The notes under the pieces: generated by a model
The model's database searches: none
Told to the model about the DNA's origin: nothing
The model's input: only the letters and a program-made list of their open reading frames with translations
Translations under genes and position numbers: made by a program
Shown: positions 18,015 to 25,770 of the stretch, in pieces
How the letters are laid out: every line of letters starts with the position of its first letter
How positions within the stretch are numbered: the first letter of the stretch is position 1
From: a virus
Lineage: Duplodnaviria; Caudoviricetes
Direction: 5' to 3' (one strand)
Virus record (IMG/VR): IMGVR_UViG_3300032291_002685
Location: 1-25,770 of that record
DNA length: 25,770 nucleotides

Positions 18015-18950
18015 ATGCTAAGTGGTAAGCACAAGTTAGTGGTAATCAACATATTGGATGACGCCTTAGGGGTGGGTTCATCCCTAAAGGGTAATGAGCA
18101 AGCACACCATTGTCCTTTTTGCCACCACCACAAGAAAAAACTACAAATTAACTTAGATAACCAAAACTGGCATTGTTGGGTTTGTAACGCTAAGGGTAGA
18201 ACTATAAATTCACTTCTTCGTAAATTAAATGTAGATATTCGTTCAATTTCTAAGTTGAGGGATATCTATGGTGATATAGACACAAATACTTCTTTCGTAG
18301 AGGAAGAACCAAAATTATTTCTACCAAAGGAATTTAAGCAATTATATATCAAACCAAAGGGATTCAATCCAACATATAATCAGGTAATAACGTATCTTAG
18401 AAATAGAGGTATTACAGCTAAAGATATAATCAAATATAATATTGGATATTGTGAAGATGGATTATATGGCGGTAGAGTTATTATCCCATCCTATGATGAG
18501 AGTGGTGAATTGAATTATTTTGTAGCTCGTTCTTTTTATGAAGATGAGAAGATGAAATATAAAAACCCACCCGTTAATAGAGATGTAATTGTATTTGAAG
18601 ATATGATTAATTGGAATGAACCCATTACTTTAGTAGAAGGTGTATTTGATTCATTTTCAGTTAAACGAAATGCAATACCAATGTTGGGTAAATTCCTACT
18701 CAATAAACTAAAAAATAAAATCAGAGAAAAGGGAGTTAAAGAAATTAATATTATGTTGGATTCAGATGCAATTTCAGATTCCACCAAGCATGCTGATTAT
18801 TTTATTAAGAACGGAATTAAAGTAAAAAACATCATTCCATCAGATAAAGATGCGGGTGAACTTGGTTTTATAAAAGTAAACGATTTAATTAAAAAACAAA
18901 CAGAAACTGGTTGGGATGATTTAATTCTAACTAAGATTAAAAATCTATGA
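18015..18950 (+). CDS. Phage DNA primase (Zn finger + TOPRIM, DnaG-type)
   Basis: CPFC...WHCWVC zinc finger, YLRNRGI, GRVIIP, YFVAR, KYKNP, TOPRIM LVEGVFD, LDSDA and KDAGE. Confidence 0.93.
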   Translation: MLSGKHKLVVINILDDALGVGSSLKGNEQAHHCPFCHHHKKKLQINLDNQNWHCWVCNAKGRTINSLLRKLNVDIRSISKLRDIYGDIDTNTSFVEEEPKLFLPKEFKQLYIKPKGFNPTYNQVITYLRNRGITAKDIIKYNIGYCEDGLYGGRVIIPSYDESGELNYFVARSFYEDEKMKYKNPPVNRDVIVFEDMINWNEPITLVEGVFDSFSVKRNAIPMLGKFLLNKLKNKIREKGVKEINIMLDSDAISDSTKHADYFIKNGIKVKNIIPSDKDAGELGFIKVNDLIKKQTETGWDDLILTKIKNL

Positions 18951-21900
18951 GAAAAATTACACATATCTATCATCTTGCCGATTTACATATTCGTAACTTA
19001 AAAAGGCACAATGAATACAGATTCATATTTAATGAATTCTTAGAAAAAGTAAAAAATGATAATATTGAAGATTCTATTATTTATTTAGCAGGTGATATTG
19101 CACATGCTAAAACTGAAATGTCTCCTGAATTGGTAAGAGAGATTAGTTGGTTTTTAACAGAGTGTTCAAAGTTAAAAGAAACGATACTTATAACTGGTAA
19201 TCACGATTGTAACTTAAACAACAACCATAGATTAGATGTTCTCACGCCTATTATTGATAATCTTAATAATCCTCGTATCCATTATTACCGTGATACTGGC
19301 ATCTATAATTTGTATAACCTTACTTTTGTCGTTTATTCCATATTGGATAAAAAGGAAAATTGGCCGAAAGCTTCCGAAGTGGAAGGTGAAACTAAAATCT
19401 GTCTTTTCCACGGACCTGTAAATAAATCCCAAACCGATGTTGGATATGTAGTATCATCAAACTCATTCACTACAGATATGTTTGAAGGATTTGATATGGT
19501 ATTGATGGGGGATATTCATAAAAGACAAACATTACAAACTCACAACCCAGCTAACAAACAACCTATTGTAGTTTATGCAGGTTCATTGGTTCAACAAAAT
19601 CACGGAGAACTATTAGATGGACATGGCTACTTATTGTGGGATGTTGAAAATCGTTCATTCGAAGAGTTTGATATTAAAAACGATTATGGTTATTTAACTA
19701 TCGATATTTACAAAGGAAAAATACCCCAATGGGTATATGATGAATTAGATACTAAACTTCCTAAGAACCCACGTTTAAGATTACGATTTAATGAAACTGA
19801 TGCAACAACTACTAAAGCTTGTATTACTGAATTAAGTAAAATATTTAAAACAACTGAAGTAACTGTAAGTAGAGTTGATACTATGGCTAGATTAAGATCC
19901 AATAATGGACTTAATGGAAATATAGTTGGTAATGTTAAAGATGAAACATTTCAAAATCATTTGATTGGTGATTATTTAGATAGAAGATATTTGTTAGAGC
20001 CGGAGCATTTAGATGCAATTACTGAAATTAACAAATTAACAAATCAGAAAGTAGATAATACTGATAAGATGGATAATATATTATGGATACCAAAGAAATT
20101 GGAATTCTCAAATATGTTTTCATACGGAACTGATAGTGTTGTTAAATTTGATAACGCTAAGGGTATCGTTGGTATATTTGCTCCAAACGCTAGTGGTAAA
20201 TCATCTCTATTTGATATCTTATCATTTTGTATATTTGATAAAACATCAAGAACCGCATCATCTAAAAACATTCTAAATAATCAAAAAGAAAACTTCCATT
20301 GTAAATTCGAATTTGAAATAGATGGTATATCATATTTCATTGAAAGAATTGGAAAGTTAAATAAAGCACAAACCTCTGTTAAAGTTGATGTTAATTTTTG
20401 GAGAGTGGTTGATGGAGTGGAGGAATCTCTAAATGGTGAACAACGTAGAGATACTAACAAAAATATTGAAAAGTATTTGGGTAATTTTGAAGATTTCATT
20501 TTAACAACTCTATCTCTTCAAGGTAATAACGCACTATTCATAGATAAATCTCAATCGGAAAGAAAGGAAGTTCTTTCTCAATTAATTGGAGTTGATATAT
20601 TTGATAAGTTGTATCAGATAGCAGCTGATGATAATAAAGAAACCGCAACGTTGGTTAAGAAATTTAAATCAGATGATTTTCCACAAAAGCTAGCAGGTAT
20701 TGAAACTGAATTAGAAGAATGTAAAATCCAATATGAAAAATTCAATGAAGATATACAATCTTTAAATAAAAGAGAAGAAATCCTAAACGAATCTATAATA
20801 GAGTTAAAATCTCAAATAATAAACACAGGCAGTTTTGATTATGAAATAACTCAATTGGAATCAAACAAAACAAAATTGGCTGTTAATTTAGATACACAAC
20901 AATCTACCAAATCTGAATTAAATGAAAGACTAGAAAAGTTAATTCCATTGGAGGTTCAATTATCAGGCTTATTAAATGGATTAAATGAATCTGAAATAAA
21001 AGATGGTATTTCTAAATTGAATACATTTAAGGAACAACACAGAACAACCAAAAATGAAATTGAGAAATTAGAAATAAAGCACAATTCATTATTGGATAAA
21101 AAAGCTCATTTGGATTTACATAAGTATAATCCTGATTGTGAGATTTGTATGGATAATTCTAAAAGTATTTTAACTTCTAAAGAAGATGTAATTGGTGCTA
21201 TTCAAAAGATAGAAGATACTATAGCAGAGAATACAACTGAATTAGCTCAATTAAAAATAGAAATAGATGGGTTACTACCATTTGAAGATAATTTAAAAAC
21301 TCTAAATGATTTAAAAGAAAAACACAATAAAGTAGATAAGGATATTTTTAATATAAATTCTCAGATTTCTGCTTGTGATTTACAAATTCACAAAATAGAA
21401 GGTGATATTGAAAAGAATGCAAACAACATTGAAGAGTATTACAAAAACGAAGAGCAAATTGTAGCTAACAAAAAAATCAAAGAAGAGTTAGATACTTTAC
21501 AAAATCAGATGACTGATTTAAAAAGTGAGATGGGTAGCTCAAACGATTCAATGATGGCGGTGTTTAAAAAGCAAACCACATTCGAATCTCAAAGAGACGT
21601 ATATGAAGAAAGAATTAATGAAGTAAAAGATTTAGAGGAAAAGAATAAATTATACGAATACTATCTAAATGCTCTAAGTAAAGATGGTGTATCTTTAGAA
21701 TTAATTGAAAAAGCAATTCCTGCTATTGAAGGTGAGATTAACAACATATTAGGACAGATAGTTGAGTTTGGTATGGAGTTGGAATTGGAAGGGAAGAATA
21801 TTAACGCTAATTTAGTATATGGTGATTCTAAATGGAGTTTGGAATTATGTAGTGGTATGGAACGATTTATATCGGGATTGGCAATTCGTATTGCACTTAT

Positions 21901-22120
21901 TAATGTATGTAACTTACCTCGTCCAAACTTCTTAGTAATTGATGAAGGATTTGGAACATTGGATAATGAGAACTTAACATCATTATATATGTTATTCTCA
22001 TATCTTAAAACTCAATTTGATTTTGTGATGATTATATCACACATAGATTCAATGCGAGATGTAGTGGATACCTTAATGGAAATCAAAAAGGTAAATGGAT
22101 TCTCTCAAGTTAAATTTTAG
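18947..22120 (+). CDS. Fused Mre11/SbcD (gp47-like) nuclease - Rad50/SbcC (gp46-like) ATPase
   Basis: Metallophosphoesterase motifs ADLH, GDIAH, GNHD, FHG and GDIH, then Walker A APNASGKSS, Q-loop SLQG, coiled coil, Zn hook CEIC, signature CSGME, Walker B/D-loop IDEGFGTLD and H-loop ISH. All lie in one 1057-aa frame. ATGA coupling to the primase. Confidence 0.93.
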   Translation: MRKITHIYHLADLHIRNLKRHNEYRFIFNEFLEKVKNDNIEDSIIYLAGDIAHAKTEMSPELVREISWFLTECSKLKETILITGNHDCNLNNNHRLDVLTPIIDNLNNPRIHYYRDTGIYNLYNLTFVVYSILDKKENWPKASEVEGETKICLFHGPVNKSQTDVGYVVSSNSFTTDMFEGFDMVLMGDIHKRQTLQTHNPANKQPIVVYAGSLVQQNHGELLDGHGYLLWDVENRSFEEFDIKNDYGYLTIDIYKGKIPQWVYDELDTKLPKNPRLRLRFNETDATTTKACITELSKIFKTTEVTVSRVDTMARLRSNNGLNGNIVGNVKDETFQNHLIGDYLDRRYLLEPEHLDAITEINKLTNQKVDNTDKMDNILWIPKKLEFSNMFSYGTDSVVKFDNAKGIVGIFAPNASGKSSLFDILSFCIFDKTSRTASSKNILNNQKENFHCKFEFEIDGISYFIERIGKLNKAQTSVKVDVNFWRVVDGVEESLNGEQRRDTNKNIEKYLGNFEDFILTTLSLQGNNALFIDKSQSERKEVLSQLIGVDIFDKLYQIAADDNKETATLVKKFKSDDFPQKLAGIETELEECKIQYEKFNEDIQSLNKREEILNESIIELKSQIINTGSFDYEITQLESNKTKLAVNLDTQQSTKSELNERLEKLIPLEVQLSGLLNGLNESEIKDGISKLNTFKEQHRTTKNEIEKLEIKHNSLLDKKAHLDLHKYNPDCEICMDNSKSILTSKEDVIGAIQKIEDTIAENTTELAQLKIEIDGLLPFEDNLKTLNDLKEKHNKVDKDIFNINSQISACDLQIHKIEGDIEKNANNIEEYYKNEEQIVANKKIKEELDTLQNQMTDLKSEMGSSNDSMMAVFKKQTTFESQRDVYEERINEVKDLEEKNKLYEYYLNALSKDGVSLELIEKAIPAIEGEINNILGQIVEFGMELELEGKNINANLVYGDSKWSLELCSGMERFISGLAIRIALINVCNLPRPNFLVIDEGFGTLDNENLTSLYMLFSYLKTQFDFVMIISHIDSMRDVVDTLMEIKKVNGFSQVKF

Positions 22121-22280
22121 TAGATAAGGTTGTTTTTGGTAGAGGTTTTTTAGAAGATTCAATTCTATCTTTTATTAAATTCTCTATCAAACCACCAATC
22201 TTATAACCTTTTTCTTTACAAAAAACTTTTAATGATGCATGTAAATCGGCATCAATTTGTATCATAGCATATTTTTTCAT
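22110..22280 (-). CDS. Small ribbon-helix-helix-like DNA-binding protein (56 aa)
   Basis: MKKYAMIQIDADLHASLKVFCKEKGYKIGGLIENLIKDRI has the alternating beta strand, helix, G-turn, helix layout. The ATG at 22280 avoids overlap with the upstream gene and has an A-rich leader. Confidence 0.72.
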   Translation of the reverse strand: MKKYAMIQIDADLHASLKVFCKEKGYKIGGLIENLIKDRIESSKKPLPKTTLSTKI

Positions 22281-22291
22281 AATCTTTATTT

Positions 22292-22969
22292 TTAGGGATT
22301 TATACAATAATCTATTTGGGTTACCAATACTCCTCTCAATCTCATTGGTAGATGCGTTCTGATAAGGGAACATTCATAATTTGTTAAGTGCTTTCGTAAC
22401 AATCTTTCTGGGTGAACCAATTCACCATCTTTTATATAATCAACTAAATGATTAAAATTGGAACAATAATAATCCATAGTGTGAGATTTTCCATAGGCTA
22501 GCAAATCATTAAATCCATCTCTATGGTCAGAACCCATTGGTATAAATAAACTGTTATTCCAATTCCTCAATTCTACTTCTTCTAATATTTCTATATCGAA
22601 TCTAGTCCTTATTACAACATCGTATTTAAACCCATTTTGCTCCTCATAGTTGCTCTTTAATTGATTTGCTTGGTAAATACCCCACCACATATTAAACACC
22701 GAAGATACGGATGATTCATCCGCTACCTGATACCCATCTACCGATTTGATTTTATCAAATACAATATCAGGCGTTTTAGTGAAATTGATTGATTTTGGAT
22801 TATATATAGAAACCAATTCACTTTCATCGCACTCCATATCATTCTCATTTTTATAGTTATAATTAATGAAAATATCCGGATTATATTTACTTATTAAATT
22901 CTTTTCCAAATAGTTGAATGGGATATAACTACCTCTGAATTTACCAGATAATAATAGTGCAACTCTCAT
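22292..22969 (-). CDS. Glycosyltransferase-like protein (SGxxR ... YDxVIRxRFD family)
   Basis: MRVALLLSGKFR, YDVVIRTRFD, NDLLAYG and HPERLL are a motif set seen in viral and bacterial polysaccharide-locus proteins with a predicted GT-A/WavE-like fold. Activity is inferred. Confidence 0.62.
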   Translation of the reverse strand: MRVALLLSGKFRGSYIPFNYLEKNLISKYNPDIFINYNYKNENDMECDESELVSIYNPKSINFTKTPDIVFDKIKSVDGYQVADESSVSSVFNMWWGIYQANQLKSNYEEQNGFKYDVVIRTRFDIEILEEVELRNWNNSLFIPMGSDHRDGFNDLLAYGKSHTMDYYCSNFNHLVDYIKDGELVHPERLLRKHLTNYECSLIRTHLPMRLRGVLVTQIDYCINP

Positions 22970-22996
22970 ATTCTTTATATTTCTTTAGTTTTCTAA

Positions 22997-23005
22997 AATA
23001 AGTAT
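22997..23005 (-). promoter_or_regulatory. Putative late promoter box variant ATACTTATT for the minus-strand operon
   Basis: Plus-strand AATAAGTAT reads ATACTTATT on the minus strand, ending 27 nt before ATG 22969. Confidence 0.45.
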
Positions 23006-23026
23006 TAAGATTTTTAGTTTTTGGTG

Positions 23027-23035
23027 ATATTTATT
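23027..23035 (+). promoter_or_regulatory. Putative phage late promoter box ATATTTATT
   Basis: Intergenic, ends 24 nt before ATG 23060. Confidence 0.55.
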
Positions 23036-23059
23036 AAAAATATTCCTATAGAATAAGAT

Positions 23060-25770
23060 ATGGCAAGAATTAAAAAATACGGAGATACACAGGTTCAAAA
23101 TTTAACTTCATTCAATACATTTATAACAGATGTAAATCCTAATTCTGATTATTTTAGAATAACTGAATTTAAAGAATCTTTTAGTGGTGGAAAGAATGGA
23201 TTCCTTATAGAGGGTTCTGAATACTTGCTAGAATCTACTGACATTAAAATTGAAATATTAGATGTAGATGGTAATCCTATTTATTGGGAACCTGGAAATG
23301 GTATACCTGAATATTATGAAGGTGTATCTAAAGTTGTAGCTGTATATGTTTACGATGATACACCAATAGGACAAGCTAATATAACAGTATTAGGTGAACT
23401 TAAAAAATATTTGGATGATGATGGTGTTATAAGAGATATACCAACAGAATGGAAAGGATTATATAATGTAAAATGGGAAAGAGCATTTAAGATAAATAAA
23501 TTACTTGCAAATGAAGATAAGGTTCGTTTTTATAAAAGACCAAAGATTACAATAGATGAACTATCCCGACCAATATTTACAGCAACACCAACCTTAATAC
23601 AACAAACAGGTTCATTAAATGGAACTCCTTTAATTCCTGGTGAAGGTGTTATATTATCAACATTCAGTTTACCATCATCTTATTTACTTGAGATAAATGA
23701 TAATACTAATTGGAGTGGTTCTATATTAAATGGAACTGTTACAATGCCTAATTTGGGTATTACATTTACTCCATCAAATTTAGTAACAAATAAACAACTA
23801 ATAGTAAGTAATCCATATTCTTCAAATGGATTGGCAGCATCATTTAGTAATCAACCATATACTGCTAGTTTTACTTATTTGGTAGAAGATACTGCAATAG
23901 GAACTGCCTTAAGTGGTTCATTTGCAAAAATCAACATTACCGATTTAACAACATTTGTTGGGGATGTTGCTAGGGTTAAAGTATTTAGAAAATCTCAATC
24001 CGAAGTATCGGATTTTCAATTTGTTCAAGAGATTGCGTTGGAATCAAATGAAATATTAGTTGATTTGGAATCCTCAGAAAGAAACCAAGAAAACTATGGA
24101 TTATTTACAACATATACACTTAATAATTATTGGGTTACATCATCAAACAACTTAACAAGAACCTTTAATCAAAATGTTCTTTTTAATTCAGTAAAGTTGG
24201 ATAGTGTTGGTGCTAATCAATTTTATACATCCAAATCTATAGATGTAACATCCGGAGTTGAATATACTTTGGATATGAATGTTAAATTGGATGCTAACAT
24301 ATCTGAAACTAATTATATAAAGGTTTATTTAGAGGGAACTAAAAATGGTAGAACTATTACTCAACCCATTACAACTATAACATCTTCAAATCCATATCTT
24401 CAAAAAACAAACATAAATCAAAATATAATTGCAAATGATTTTGATTCAGTAAAACTTTATTTTGAAGTTAAAGGATTGGGTTGGTATATTTCTGATGTTA
24501 GTTTAAGAGCATCACAAGAAACATCATTCTCACCCGATGAAATAACTTTTATACAACCTGTACAAAGAAATTTAGAAAGTGAAACATTTGATTTCAGATT
24601 TGAATTTTATGATATTAATAACAACTACATACCGGTCGAAGTAATTGCAACAAAAACTTTTAGTGGTGGTAATTTAAATGTTATTAATAAGAGTATTAAC
24701 TTAGTTCCTACATCATTATATTTCCAATTTGATTCAGGCTCTGGTACAGGAAATCCTATGGCGCCAACTACTATCTATATAGATGCGGAAACAAATTTTA
24801 TAACAGGTTCTATTACATTTGTATCCAAATCATATGATATTGATAATAATGAATTATCATCATCGTATTATACGGGAGGAAAATATCCCGGTCTATTAAT
24901 TGATGAGGGGGATAATCGTTATAGATTAACTGTTCAAAACTTTACAGGTTCAGTAGCTGTGGGTCAACCTGAAAGAATAGTTCAATATGTAGAATATACT
25001 GCAAATGTTGAAGGTGTTAGTGATTCTATTGTTATTACAAGAGTTAGTGATGGTAAGGGTGGTGTAAACTATGAAATCAGACCATATAATGGAATTGTAA
25101 TTAGAAACTCAGATGCATCATCTTCGTTAGAAATACAAGCGGTTCGTATAGATGGTATAAACGAAATTAATTTAAAAAGTGGATTACCTTTAGGTAAATC
25201 CGATTACCAATTATTTGTTCAATCTGGCTCAACTTATATAAATTTACAAAAAGCAAATGATTCCGGATTTTTATTGGGATTATCTACCGGCGTTACTGGT
25301 TCGGGTGAATTAAATTATAATGCTAGATTTAATAGAGATTCAATAGATGGACAAATAACGGTTTACTTAATCCCATCATCATCCAATAATTATTCGGCGT
25401 CAATTTTAACATCGTTAACCTTAACCGATTTACAAGATGGTTTGGATGCGGGTGTGGTTTTATATGATGCGGATACGTTTAGTGTAAATCCAAGTCCAAA
25501 GTTACAAACTGATGTTAGTAGGTTTATACCTGTTTCATCATCAGCAACTGCATCATTTTATCGTAGGGGAACTTTTGAAGCACCAATAAGTTGTTCAATT
25601 GAGGTATATCCATCAATGTCAATAAATTCTGATTTCGTTGCTGAGTATTGGGTTAATTATGTAACACATAGTTGTGATCCAAATATAAGTGTGGTTGCAT
25701 ATAATGAATTTGGAAATATAATATTACCCATATCAACTTCACAATATACTGAAGGATTACCATTAAACCA
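23060..25770 (+). CDS. 3'-truncated large virion/tail protein (>903 aa, beta-rich)
   Basis: Absent from the ORF track because it has no stop in the window. It begins MARIKKYGDTQVQNLTSFNTFITDVNPNSDYFRITEFKESFSGGKNGFLIEGS... and is still open at ...QYTEGLPLN. It is Ser/Thr/Asn-rich like the other structural proteins. Confidence 0.85.
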   Translation, partial: MARIKKYGDTQVQNLTSFNTFITDVNPNSDYFRITEFKESFSGGKNGFLIEGSEYLLESTDIKIEILDVDGNPIYWEPGNGIPEYYEGVSKVVAVYVYDDTPIGQANITVLGELKKYLDDDGVIRDIPTEWKGLYNVKWERAFKINKLLANEDKVRFYKRPKITIDELSRPIFTATPTLIQQTGSLNGTPLIPGEGVILSTFSLPSSYLLEINDNTNWSGSILNGTVTMPNLGITFTPSNLVTNKQLIVSNPYSSNGLAASFSNQPYTASFTYLVEDTAIGTALSGSFAKINITDLTTFVGDVARVKVFRKSQSEVSDFQFVQEIALESNEILVDLESSERNQENYGLFTTYTLNNYWVTSSNNLTRTFNQNVLFNSVKLDSVGANQFYTSKSIDVTSGVEYTLDMNVKLDANISETNYIKVYLEGTKNGRTITQPITTITSSNPYLQKTNINQNIIANDFDSVKLYFEVKGLGWYISDVSLRASQETSFSPDEITFIQPVQRNLESETFDFRFEFYDINNNYIPVEVIATKTFSGGNLNVINKSINLVPTSLYFQFDSGSGTGNPMAPTTIYIDAETNFITGSITFVSKSYDIDNNELSSSYYTGGKYPGLLIDEGDNRYRLTVQNFTGSVAVGQPERIVQYVEYTANVEGVSDSIVITRVSDGKGGVNYEIRPYNGIVIRNSDASSSLEIQAVRIDGINEINLKSGLPLGKSDYQLFVQSGSTYINLQKANDSGFLLGLSTGVTGSGELNYNARFNRDSIDGQITVYLIPSSSNNYSASILTSLTLTDLQDGLDAGVVLYDADTFSVNPSPKLQTDVSRFIPVSSSATASFYRRGTFEAPISCSIEVYPSMSINSDFVAEYWVNYVTHSCDPNISVVAYNEFGNIILPISTSQYTEGLPLN

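Noticed and set aside
19236-19421. Hydrophobic 61-aa plus-strand ORF nested in the Mre11 domain (looks like a membrane peptide or spanin)
   Set aside because: It overlaps a conserved nuclease region out of frame. Ile/Leu richness is typical of shifted frames in AT-rich genes. There is no convincing lipobox or lysis-gene context.
1827-20499. Many 61-111 aa minus-strand ORFs (e.g. 1827..2033, 2664..2999, 8203..8505, 14491..14739, 18536..18787, 20044..20271)
   Set aside because: They lie antisense to long, motif-bearing plus-strand genes, show no recognisable motifs, and are expected shadow ORFs.
427-22123. Possible stop-codon reassignment (TAG/TGA), known in some large phages
   Set aside because: Genes are full length in the standard code. 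TAG ends genes at 429 and 22120 at natural boundaries, and read-through meets another stop quickly.
22281-22373. N-terminal extension of the 87-aa ORF 22110..22373
   Set aside because: It overlaps the glycosyltransferase-like gene by 82 nt. The ATG at 22280 gives a clean RHH-like protein with an A-rich leader.
1-25770. CRISPR array, tRNA/rRNA, intron, intein or IS element
   Set aside because: Intergenic gaps are at most ~130 nt, with no repeat-spacer pattern or cloverleaf. No transposase or intein splice motifs were seen in the primase or ATPase.

Overview
This is an AT-rich (roughly 30% GC by eye), densely coding fragment of a large contractile-tailed dsDNA phage genome, read in the standard genetic code. 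A Bacteroidota host is likely: there are TTTG-N20-TAnnTTTG promoters and A-rich leaders without Shine-Dalgarno sites. Positions 1-17260 (+) hold a late virion/baseplate module. It includes two tandem predicted peptidoglycan hydrolases (M15 peptidase and an NNPGN lysozyme-like enzyme), gp25-like and gp6/baseplate-J-like wedge proteins, a DNRLRE-like protein and a 1666-aa mosaic baseplate protein. It also includes three proteins carrying the separated halves of a tail-fibre-collar motif. Positions 17264-22120 (+) encode a GIY-YIG nuclease, a DNA primase and a single-chain Mre11/SbcD-Rad50/SbcC fusion. Positions 22110-22969 (-) encode a glycosyltransferase-like protein and a small RHH-like protein. 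A large virion-type ORF missing from the ORF track starts at 23060 and runs off the window. The main hidden signals are (i) a recurring ATA(T/C)TTAT box 17-27 nt before late genes, and (ii) strong enrichment of an [S/T]-[G/A/S]-S tripeptide in a subset of virion proteins. The glycosyltransferase-like gene carries the same late box, which suggests a possible phage-encoded virion glycosylation system (hypothesis). No tRNA, rRNA, CRISPR array or IS element was seen.
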